This document shows, one piece after another, positions 17,908 through 25,753 of a stretch of 61,470 nucleotides of DNA. Below the pieces are notes generated by a model, which saw only the letters and a program-made list of their open reading frames with translations, was not told the DNA's origin and made no database searches. The stretch's first letter is position 1; every line of letters starts with the position of its first letter. The position numbers and the translations under genes are program-made. Source of the stretch: Candidatus Aenigmatarchaeota archaeon (GTDB taxonomy: Archaea > Aenigmatarchaeota > Aenigmatarchaeia > CG10238-14 > SCSR01); assembly GCA_018304615.1 (NCBI GenBank), contig JAGVVV010000003.1, forward strand, positions 1-61,470, read 5' to 3'.

Positions 17908-19383
17908 TTACTTTACAAAACACATAGAGTTACAAATTCCACGTAAGTGATAAATACATTTTTTACATATTTCTGGAATTTTCATGTTACTGTGTACTGA
18001 ATTGAAATAATCAAATATTTGTTCTCTATTGTTTACTTGTTTTAACTCAGGCCCGAACTTATTTTTGAGCGGTTCGCAGAATTTTATTATCCCATTTTCC
18101 ACTGTGAACATTTCCCTGCATTCAAAACAGTTTTTCGGCTGTTTATCCATCTCCATTTTCAGACATGGAGGAAGAGGCCTACTTAAAACAAACTTGATTT
18201 TCTCATTCCTCAATTTTTCTAGGAAATTCTGAATTTTAATTCTTGTTTTCTGATTCCAAAGATCTTTTTCTTTTAATTCAAAAGATAATAAAAATTCCCT
18301 GTCACCGACTCCATAATGTCCGTGAAGTTTCTTTTTCTCCATCAACTCATTTAAAATAAAATCAAAATCATCATACGTTCTTATTCTAACAAATTTTCTC
18401 CCTATTGCTTCTTCATGGAAATTCTTATCAAAAGGAATGTTTCTTAACATATCAAAAATATCATCGAATTTCATAGGAACGAAATTTTGAATTTCCCAAT
18501 AATTTTCTCTTGAAAATAAAAAGTTTCCCGAGTATGTGTTCTTGAATTTCTCTATCATGTTGGAAAGATTTCCCTCAGCGATATTTCCCATGAACTCAGA
18601 TTTGAAAGTAAATGAAGTAGCGTAAACGTTTCCATTTGGAAAAGTAGTTGGAAAGAATCTAGCTCCAAACTTCACTTTAGTCGAGTTGGTGAGGTAGTAT
18701 CTATAATCATTGGGAGTTTTATATTTCTTAGCATAATAACTGATTTTTTTAAAAATGTAATCTTCAACCTGATTAAAATTCTGCCGGGGAGTAGTATCTA
18801 GGTTTTCAGCCCTTCCAACAACTCCCCATGTGTGAACTTCTATAGGTGTCTCATGCTTTACTATGATTTCAGCTATTTTGTCTATAAGTGGAAAACTTAA
18901 CATGTCAAGGCTGAGTCTCAGAATAATTTCTATATCCATTTCTTTACATACTTCAGCTACATTGTTTATTTTTGTAAGTGGGACTCTAGGCAAATGAAAT
19001 CTGTCGACACTAACTATCATTGTATCGAAATCGGCATTTTTTATTACATTCAAGTTTCTTCTTGTGTTTCCGATACTTCCAGCAAACACAGCAGAACTAA
19101 TTATGTTAAGGTCAAATGGCTTATAATATTCCAACAAAATATCGATGCATCTCTTCAATTTATCTAAATTGTAAAATGGTTCTCCCCCGCAAATTCTTAT
19201 TGCAATATCATTTTTTGAATATTCTTCTGCAACTCTTCTGATAGTTTCTTCAGGCATCCATTTCTGCGGTTCAAGAGATGGAAGACACGAATAAACACAA
19301 AAATCACAATTAACAGGACATGCCATCGTTATTAGCAAATCCCCGTCTACAGGCTTGTGCCTGACATCTTTTTTAATGACCAT
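17908..19383 (-). CDS. radical SAM protein with a Cys-rich C-terminal extension
   Basis: ITMACPVNCDFC, ICGGEP; C-terminal RPLPPCL, CFEC, FCEP, CKKC...ICNSMC. Confidence 0.88.
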   Translation of the reverse strand: MVIKKDVRHKPVDGDLLITMACPVNCDFCVYSCLPSLEPQKWMPEETIRRVAEEYSKNDIAIRICGGEPFYNLDKLKRCIDILLEYYKPFDLNIISSAVFAGSIGNTRRNLNVIKNADFDTMIVSVDRFHLPRVPLTKINNVAEVCKEMDIEIILRLSLDMLSFPLIDKIAEIIVKHETPIEVHTWGVVGRAENLDTTPRQNFNQVEDYIFKKISYYAKKYKTPNDYRYYLTNSTKVKFGARFFPTTFPNGNVYATSFTFKSEFMGNIAEGNLSNMIEKFKNTYSGNFLFSRENYWEIQNFVPMKFDDIFDMLRNIPFDKNFHEEAIGRKFVRIRTYDDFDFILNELMEKKKLHGHYGVGDREFLLSFELKEKDLWNQKTRIKIQNFLEKLRNEKIKFVLSRPLPPCLKMEMDKQPKNCFECREMFTVENGIIKFCEPLKNKFGPELKQVNNREQIFDYFNSVHSNMKIPEICKKCIYHLRGICNSMCFVK

Positions 19384-19424
19384 TTTATCAATATAATATA
19401 CAATTGTATATTATATTGATAAAT

Positions 19425-20009
19425 TCAATAAAATATTGATGTTTTTGCATCGAGTATAACCCAAAATCCAGTATAAACAATGGGATTATTTTCTTGTGTT
19501 TTTTTAATACAATCAAGATAATAATCAGAAGGTTCAGGAACATCAGATAGGTGAAATTTTTTGCATCCAAAGTAAAAAACATAATAATCATCCATATTAT
19601 CTTGTATTCCAGAATTTCCGTAAAAGATGCAATTTGGACCATTTCTAATTGCATCATCTATTAATTTGGCTGATTGTTCATTACAATTTTTAATATAGCC
19701 AAGGTAAACATAAGAATTATTTTTATCTTGATAATAGATTTCTGAATACAGCTTTCCGAACTCGCAAGTTATTTCATAATTTGAGCCGATTTTTTTAATA
19801 TGAGCTGCGTTGACTAAAGATTCATTTGCAGGGTTATCGCATTTCCAACTATTATCCCAATTCGATAAAAACCAAAAATCAACATTTCTTAATTCCGAAA
19901 AATTGTCAGAAAATGAAACATGAACAGGTTTATGAGAATATAAAATTATAAAAGCTAATACTATTCCTATAACAATAACAATACCAAATATTTTTTTTTC
20001 ACTTATCAT
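19425..20009 (-). CDS. membrane-anchored exported hypothetical protein
   Basis: N-terminal TM then a six-Cys soluble domain; co-oriented directly downstream of the precursor gene. Confidence 0.65.
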   Translation of the reverse strand: MISEKKIFGIVIVIGIVLAFIILYSHKPVHVSFSDNFSELRNVDFWFLSNWDNSWKCDNPANESLVNAAHIKKIGSNYEITCEFGKLYSEIYYQDKNNSYVYLGYIKNCNEQSAKLIDDAIRNGPNCIFYGNSGIQDNMDDYYVFYFGCKKFHLSDVPEPSDYYLDCIKKTQENNPIVYTGFWVILDAKTSIFY

Positions 20010-20057
20010 TAATTATAATTATTTTGACGATTTAGATATTTTTGTTTATACTGTTAT

Positions 20058-21365
20058 TTAACAACCACCGGTAGTGGCAGTAGTACTGATAGTAGTACTG
20101 ACAGTAGTACTAGTAGTATCACAACTTATATTATGTACCAATACTCCATCAGCAAAGAACGAATGCGTCCTGGTAATATTCTTAATTGTGTATGTCTGTA
20201 TCACTCCATATTCAAAGTCTATCTTGACAACCGTCTTAAACTTCAAATCACTCGTCATTACCATATCTCCGATTTGTAATTGAAGTACTCTTGATTTCTG
20301 CAATAACAATGAATTCTGTCCTCCCTTTGACTGAACTTCACTTCTCATATAAGCCTCTTCGCTTCCAGTAGGATCGACAGCCTTCCATCCACCAGCCGTG
20401 TAAATGGGATGATCCCTACTTATTCTCAGTTTACTGTTATCGTCGAAAGTAATCTTACAAATATAATCATGAACTACACTTTCTAATCCAAGAACTTTTC
20501 CTATTGCAAGTTGATTAGTATTTTCATCATAACCCATCACCCTCTCACCAATCTGCACATCCTCAATATTCTTCAGACTCCCATTCCCCATGAGTACCTT
20601 CGTCCCTCCCGGAAGACATGTATAAGCTGAGGTCGCCGGTCCTGTAGTAAATATATTATGTACCAATACTCCATCAACAAAGAACGAACACGTCCCTTGG
20701 AGGGTGTATGTCTGTATCACTCCATATTCAAAGTCTATCTTGACAACCGTCTTAAACTTCAAATCACTCGTCATCACTCTATCTCCTGTCTGTAGTTGCA
20801 GTACTCTAGATTTCTGTAAGAGTAAGGAGTTTTGTCTACCTTTCGATTGAACTGTTTCGTCACCGAAATAAGTTTCTTCACTTTTGCTCGGGTCAATAGC
20901 CTTCCATCCACCGGCCGTATAAATCGGATGGTCATTTGTTATTCTCAATTCAGTGTTGTCATCAAAAGTAATCTTACAGACATAATCACGTAATGGCCTC
21001 TTCAACCCAAGAACCTCCTTTATGGTCATGTTGTGGGTATTTTCATCATAACCCATCACCCTCTCACCAATCTGCACATCCTCAATATTCTTCAGACTCC
21101 CATCCCCCATGAGTACCTTCGTCCCTCCCGGAAGACAGCAGCTTCCAGTAGTTCCAGTAGTGCTCACAGAACTAGAATGTGACCCTTGGATATTAGGTTT
21201 TGCATAATTGATATTTGTGGAGGAAGTGTGTGTGGCTGCAGTAGCGGCAGTAACTCCAGCAAGTGCAGTTCCTATGGCGACTAGAGCCTTCTTTGATATT
21301 TTTCCTTCCTCACCAGTAAGGAAATCGGATATGTTTTTCTTAATCTTAGGAAGATTCAAAGTCAT
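20058..21365 (-). CDS. His-Xaa-Ser-type peptide precursor containing two tandem Hint (BIL-like) domains
   Basis: Leader DFLTGEEGKISKKALV, HTS (aa46-48) and HSS (aa63-65); Hint1 aa77-237, spacer aa238-249, Hint2 aa250-412, tail aa413-435. Confidence 0.85.
   Translation of the reverse strand: MTLNLPKIKKNISDFLTGEEGKISKKALVAIGTALAGVTAATAATHTSSTNINYAKPNIQGSHSSSVSTTGTTGSCCLPGGTKVLMGDGSLKNIEDVQIGERVMGYDENTHNMTIKEVLGLKRPLRDYVCKITFDDNTELRITNDHPIYTAGGWKAIDPSKSEETYFGDETVQSKGRQNSLLLQKSRVLQLQTGDRVMTSDLKFKTVVKIDFEYGVIQTYTLQGTCSFFVDGVLVHNIFTTGPATSAYTCLPGGTKVLMGNGSLKNIEDVQIGERVMGYDENTNQLAIGKVLGLESVVHDYICKITFDDNSKLRISRDHPIYTAGGWKAVDPTGSEEAYMRSEVQSKGGQNSLLLQKSRVLQLQIGDMVMTSDLKFKTVVKIDFEYGVIQTYTIKNITRTHSFFADGVLVHNISCDTTSTTVSTTISTTATTGGC
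20079..20114. repeat. 12-bp tandem repeat, three copies, encoding STT(V/I/A)
   Basis: AGTAGTACT(G/A) units at 20079, 20091 and 20103. Confidence 0.8.
20130..20618 (-). other. Hint domain 2 (163 aa, no endonuclease)
   Basis: Starts CLPGGTKV, block B SRDHP, ends HSFFADGVLVHN; +1 residue Ile. Confidence 0.92.
20655..21137 (-). other. Hint domain 1 (161 aa, no endonuclease)
   Basis: Starts CLPGGTKV, block B TNDHP, ends SFFVDGVLVHN; +1 residue Ile. Confidence 0.92.
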
Positions 21366-21392
21366 ATTCCCTTATTAATATTTGCAAAAAGC

Positions 21393-22142
21393 CTAACTTA
21401 AATGTTCCCCATCTCTCATCTTTTGGTATACATCCAAATTAGTTACCATCTCAGCTTTTATTTCCATGCTTTTGACTAGCTTGAACCCCAACGAAAGCAT
21501 AAGTGCCTGAAGTATCTGAGACGACCAGACATACATCTTGAATTTTACCATCCCCTTTCCTTTAAAAGAAACCCTGATTAATTCAATTGAATTATCTAAA
21601 TGGGAATAATTTCCATTAATGTTAAGGAAATTATCTGATGTGGAGATAGAATACTGATCCCTCAAGACAGATTTGAGAGAATCATTATAACTAATCAACA
21701 CATTTCCTTTTTTCCTCAAGTTCTTGTTCAAATTCCTCATTATTTTGACGAACGAGATTAATGAGATATTAGCCAAGGTATTACCAAACATTGTGAAAGA
21801 ATCAAACATTTTATCCAATTTCACAGTTCCAGCATCTGCATTTTTGAACTCTGATTTGAATTTTAACTTTTTCTTCTCCCCAAGTGCAATTTTTATCATC
21901 TTTTTATTGTTGTCTATCCCTACGATCGAATACCCCTTTGATTCAAGCCATAAAGACAAAAGACCTCCGCCACAACCTATGTCTAAAATTCTACCTTTTA
22001 TCATGCGTTTATTTCCACTCAAGAAAGGTTCAATTTCCTTGTAATTGGCTTCCATCTCAGCAATCCTTTTCTTCCCCCACCGGGAGGAATAAGTATATTT
22101 TTCATAACCTTCAACATCTTTCCAGAAATCAATCACAACCAT
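21393..22142 (-). CDS. class I SAM-dependent methyltransferase
   Basis: ILDIGCGGG, VGIDNN, FKNADA, FDSFTMFGNT. Confidence 0.88.
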   Translation of the reverse strand: MVVIDFWKDVEGYEKYTYSSRWGKKRIAEMEANYKEIEPFLSGNKRMIKGRILDIGCGGGLLSLWLESKGYSIVGIDNNKKMIKIALGEKKKLKFKSEFKNADAGTVKLDKMFDSFTMFGNTLANISLISFVKIMRNLNKNLRKKGNVLISYNDSLKSVLRDQYSISTSDNFLNINGNYSHLDNSIELIRVSFKGKGMVKFKMYVWSSQILQALMLSLGFKLVKSMEIKAEMVTNLDVYQKMRDGEHLS

Positions 22143-22177
22143 AATCTACAATTGTCAACTCTATTTATTAAAATGAA

Positions 22178-23638
22178 CTAAATCGAAGAATTCTTCACCC
22201 AGTTCATCATGATTTTGGCGTCTTCAGGATTGAAAATCAGCTTCCTGAACATGTGCTCTATCTGCAAGTCATGTACCTGCAATATGTAGTCTTGCTTCGT
22301 CTTAGTGATTAGATTCTTCTGCTGGCCGTACGAACTGACATGGCATGGGGAAGAATACGGGTGCCAAGGAGAAGTATCGTCCTGAACAGTAGTAGTCAGC
22401 CCTATAAAGTTAATCGCATCCTTTGAAGTGAAAACTTCCCTGTAAGTGTTCTCTTTCACATTTCCCAGTTTGAAAACATCTGAATTCTTCCCTTCGTCAC
22501 ATGTGAAGACATCACCCCACTGGTTGTATCCGGCTTGTGTAATGCAAGCACCGCAAGGGGCTCCAAGACAAGTGTAAGAAGAAGGCTGCAATGTCACGAT
22601 CCTCCTCAGCAAAATGATTATGTCATCCCCCACCATGTTAACTCCTTTCCTGTTTAGTTCCAAAAGATATTCCAGATAATTCTTCCATCCCTCTACAAAC
22701 TCCTCGGCAGTATATCCTATCTTATCCCAAGTCTGTTCAGCCCTACCTGCTATGAAAATAGGCCTGAAACTGATGTGATTCAATCCGTGTTTGATATACT
22801 CATCAACGAGTTCTCTCACATAAGGAAGAGTATACCTTGTGACTGTTGGCATGGCAGTCGAGAAGAAAGGATATTTCAACTCTTTCAATTTATCTATCCA
22901 ATAAACAACCTTTTCATGAGAACTTCCTTTGACCCAAGGCCTGTTCTTGTCGTGAATTTTCTTCGGCCCGTCAAGCGAAGTGCAGATATGGACTTTATTC
23001 ATCATCAAATATTCAAGTTTCTCTTCGTCCATCAAAGTCAAATTTGAAACCAACTGGAAAGTGATTTTCTTAATGCCGTTCCACCATCCGCTTTCATCAG
23101 CCTCCTTACTTTTGTTTATTTTCTTCGCTCGTTCAATCATGAATTCAATCATTGGAAAATTAAGTAAAGGCTCTCCTCCTGTGAATTCAATTGTCAGATA
23201 CGGGGACGGAGATTGGAAGATGAAATCTATAGTAGCCTTTGCAGTCTTCTTATCCATGTCAACCCCTTTCTTGTTTTCATGGACTGCATAAGGATAGCAG
23301 TACAAACAACCTTGGTTACATCTCAAAGTTGGAGTGATAATGTGAAGATTAGTTCCAGTGAAGATCCTGTTGAATCTCATCCTATACATGTTGGTAAGTT
23401 TGTCATGGTTCCTCTCAGTGATTATTACCCCTTTCTCTTCCAAAACAGAAAACAAATTAAGATCTTCTTCTAACTTGTCCATTTTGAAAAGTCTGAATTC
23501 TTTTCCATCAAGTACAACCCAACTTCCATGTTCTGTAGTAATCAGATGATGATTCTCATCAAACTTTTTCACCCAATGCTTGTTGATCTCATGCAATGGA
23601 GCAGAAGTCTCAGAATTTACTGAAAGTGAGAGTGCCAT
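22178..23638 (-). CDS. hxsB: His-Xaa-Ser system radical SAM maturase HxsB-like
   Basis: LHIITPTLRCNQGCLYCY, TIEFTGGEPLLNF, ICTSLDGPKKIHDKNR, TCLGAPCGACITQAGYNQWGDVFTCDEG. Confidence 0.82.
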   Translation of the reverse strand: MALSLSVNSETSAPLHEINKHWVKKFDENHHLITTEHGSWVVLDGKEFRLFKMDKLEEDLNLFSVLEEKGVIITERNHDKLTNMYRMRFNRIFTGTNLHIITPTLRCNQGCLYCYPYAVHENKKGVDMDKKTAKATIDFIFQSPSPYLTIEFTGGEPLLNFPMIEFMIERAKKINKSKEADESGWWNGIKKITFQLVSNLTLMDEEKLEYLMMNKVHICTSLDGPKKIHDKNRPWVKGSSHEKVVYWIDKLKELKYPFFSTAMPTVTRYTLPYVRELVDEYIKHGLNHISFRPIFIAGRAEQTWDKIGYTAEEFVEGWKNYLEYLLELNRKGVNMVGDDIIILLRRIVTLQPSSYTCLGAPCGACITQAGYNQWGDVFTCDEGKNSDVFKLGNVKENTYREVFTSKDAINFIGLTTTVQDDTSPWHPYSSPCHVSSYGQQKNLITKTKQDYILQVHDLQIEHMFRKLIFNPEDAKIMMNWVKNSSI

Positions 23639-23899
23639 TCACTGACCTCTTTCCTTCACAGCATTTAGCAAATGATTGTAAAACTCATATCCCAGCAATT
23701 CCATCTCCTCCGGTTTTAGATTCTTTTTCGGCTGCATTTCAACGAATATCCTAGACTTTTCATCTGCCGCAACTACATGGCAAACCTGCTCGAATTCTTC
23801 TTTCACCTTTTTCACAGACTCGAAATCATAGAATTTTGGATTTATGAACAACTGGACTCTATTTCCGTTTACCTTTATTTTTTCTGCTAACTTTGGCAC
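23639..23899 (-). CDS. HxsD-like small protein
   Basis: FINPKFYD...GYEFYNHLL, paralogous pattern to the adjacent 139-aa protein. Confidence 0.65.
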   Translation of the reverse strand: MPKLAEKIKVNGNRVQLFINPKFYDFESVKKVKEEFEQVCHVVAADEKSRIFVEMQPKKNLKPEEMELLGYEFYNHLLNAVKERGQ

Positions 23900-24278
23900 T
23901 CTTTACTTTCCCCCTTTTAACTGGAGCACTCTTTACTTCAGATTCTTGTGATTGAGTCTCAAACGCTTTCTGGATTATCATTCCCCTAAGAACAGCATTT
24001 TTCTCCACCTGAGTATTGTAAACAGAATAACTGACTAACTCATTGTTGAACTGCCTCCCCAATTCTTCCAGGTTTATTTTAGCGTCTTTCCTCCTCAACT
24101 GGACTATTATTTCCTCATTGGGGTCTCCGTCAATCAGCACCCACGCCTTGTCTACAAGAATATATGCGGCAGAAAAAATCGTGTTCATCGGGTAAATCTT
24201 GGGATTCACAGAAATGACGACATTTCCAGTCTTCTCATCGACTTCCAGATTATCTACAGACAAAATTCCTTCTGCCAT
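23859..24278 (-). CDS. hxsD: His-Xaa-Ser system protein HxsD-like
   Basis: VNPKIYPMNTIFSAAYILVDKAWVLIDGD...LGRQFNNELV pattern; first gene of the cluster. Confidence 0.72.
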   Translation of the reverse strand: MAEGILSVDNLEVDEKTGNVVISVNPKIYPMNTIFSAAYILVDKAWVLIDGDPNEEIIVQLRRKDAKINLEELGRQFNNELVSYSVYNTQVEKNAVLRGMIIQKAFETQSQESEVKSAPVKRGKVKSAKVSRKNKGKRK

Positions 24279-24319
24279 GAAATCCTCTTTAAATTATCTT
24301 AACAGTTAATTTATATTAA

Positions 24320-25351
24320 ATGGTCGATTTAATACTTATTGCTATTATTGTCTTCGGATTTATTAATTCCTATACCGATTTGAAATATTCCAAAATAAAA
24401 AACGTTTTAATAATTCTAATGATTCTTTCATCAGCAGTCCTTAACTTCTATCTGAATTCATTCACATACGAAACGATAATCAACTCTTCAATATCCCTTG
24501 CTCTAGGATTCTTTCTTTTTTATCTGAACTACTGGTCTGCCGGAGACGCCAAACTATTTTTCGCATTCTCCCTTCTTGTTCCAATCTCAGTCTACCACTT
24601 TGGCAAAGTAAGCTACTTCCCATCCATCAGCATCTTGATCAACGCCTTCGTCCCAGTTACAATTTACTATTTGCTCAAATCGGTTACAACCCTGAAAATA
24701 AAAAACCTTGTCAATATCCTAAAAGATCAATTGAAACCAAAAACACTACTCGCAACAGTTCTATTCCTTTTCGGTTTTCCTTTCATATTCAATTTTTTCA
24801 ATCTGAAACTCGATGTAATCTCCTCAGTGTTCATCTTGCTCCTTCTTTTCCAGGTTCTTAAGAAATTTCCCAAAAAATATTCCCTTGTCTTCTTCGTTTC
24901 ACTTTCCATCCTCAATCTACTCTTCTATCCGGATAAAATTCTAGTTCCTCCTTTCTTTTACAATTTCATCCTTTCAGTAATTATCTATCAGATATTCAAC
25001 TTAGCCCTAAGTTTCCTATTTACCCTATCTTTTTCAAACCAGTTCTTAATTGACAAATTGAAACCTGGGATGATCCTAGGCGAGCCATTATTCGAACTTG
25101 GAAATAAATTCAGCAAAAAATCAAAAAAAGGAGAAAAGATAACGAAACTCTCGCAAGAAGACATCTCGTTGCTTAACAAATTGTACAAATCTGGGAAACT
25201 GGATTTTAAAACTCTCCTGATTGAGAGAACAGTTCCATTCGCACCTTTCATTTTCATAGGAGTTCTTCTCACATACTTAGTCCAAGGAAACCTGTTTTCT
25301 TACGTCTACCTCATCTATCTGAAACCTTATTTTGCGACTTTACTAAGTTGA
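24320..25351 (+). CDS. class III signal (prepilin) peptidase, A24/FlaK-PibD-like
   Basis: YTDLK first Asp, WSAGDAKL GxGD-type motif, C-terminal VPFAPFIFIG. Confidence 0.85.
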   Translation: MVDLILIAIIVFGFINSYTDLKYSKIKNVLIILMILSSAVLNFYLNSFTYETIINSSISLALGFFLFYLNYWSAGDAKLFFAFSLLVPISVYHFGKVSYFPSISILINAFVPVTIYYLLKSVTTLKIKNLVNILKDQLKPKTLLATVLFLFGFPFIFNFFNLKLDVISSVFILLLLFQVLKKFPKKYSLVFFVSLSILNLLFYPDKILVPPFFYNFILSVIIYQIFNLALSFLFTLSFSNQFLIDKLKPGMILGEPLFELGNKFSKKSKKGEKITKLSQEDISLLNKLYKSGKLDFKTLLIERTVPFAPFIFIGVLLTYLVQGNLFSYVYLIYLKPYFATLLS

Positions 25352-25352
25352 T

Positions 25353-25721
25353 TTGATGAAAAGGAGGAAGAAGAATAAGAAATCTAATAAAAACCTCATG
25401 ATTCTAATTGGAATCCTGCTTGCGGTTTCATTCTTTTTGCTTATCAATTTCAAACCCCAGGTATCCACTTTCTCTATCAATTCACCTGAAAACATAACAT
25501 ATGATGACGGAGACATTTTTCTCAGCGTCTCCTCTAACAGGCTGATGGTCTGGATGAACGACTCTCTAGATGGAGAGAATCTGAAAAACCAGTGCACGTT
25601 CTGCTATGATTTCAGGATAGATGGCTACAAACTCAAACCCGGAACCCACAGCTATTCCGTAGACGCCATGACAGAGGACGGGATAATCCTTTCACAAACA
25701 GTCGTCTTCACAGTCAAATAA
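25353..25721 (+). CDS. membrane-anchored small Ig-like protein
   Basis: Basic N-terminus + TM; INSPENITY, GTHSYSVDA, QTVVFTVK strands. Confidence 0.65.
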   Translation: MMKRRKKNKKSNKNLMILIGILLAVSFFLLINFKPQVSTFSINSPENITYDDGDIFLSVSSNRLMVWMNDSLDGENLKNQCTFCYDFRIDGYKLKPGTHSYSVDAMTEDGIILSQTVVFTVK

Positions 25722-25753
25722 TCTTAATTTGGAGAAAAAAAGGAATAACAAAT

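Noticed and set aside
19388-19657. 89-aa minus-strand ORF as a separate cluster gene
   Set aside because: It overlaps the 194-aa ORF in another frame and looks like an AT-rich artefact
20079-20114. Possible CRISPR-like repeat
   Set aside because: 12-bp head-to-tail units with no spacers, inside a coding frame; no cas genes in the window
20130-21137. Hint domains as ordinary selfish inteins
   Set aside because: Both have Ile at +1, lack a homing endonuclease and sit in a short peptide rather than a conserved enzyme motif; BIL-like is a better fit, though splicing is not excluded
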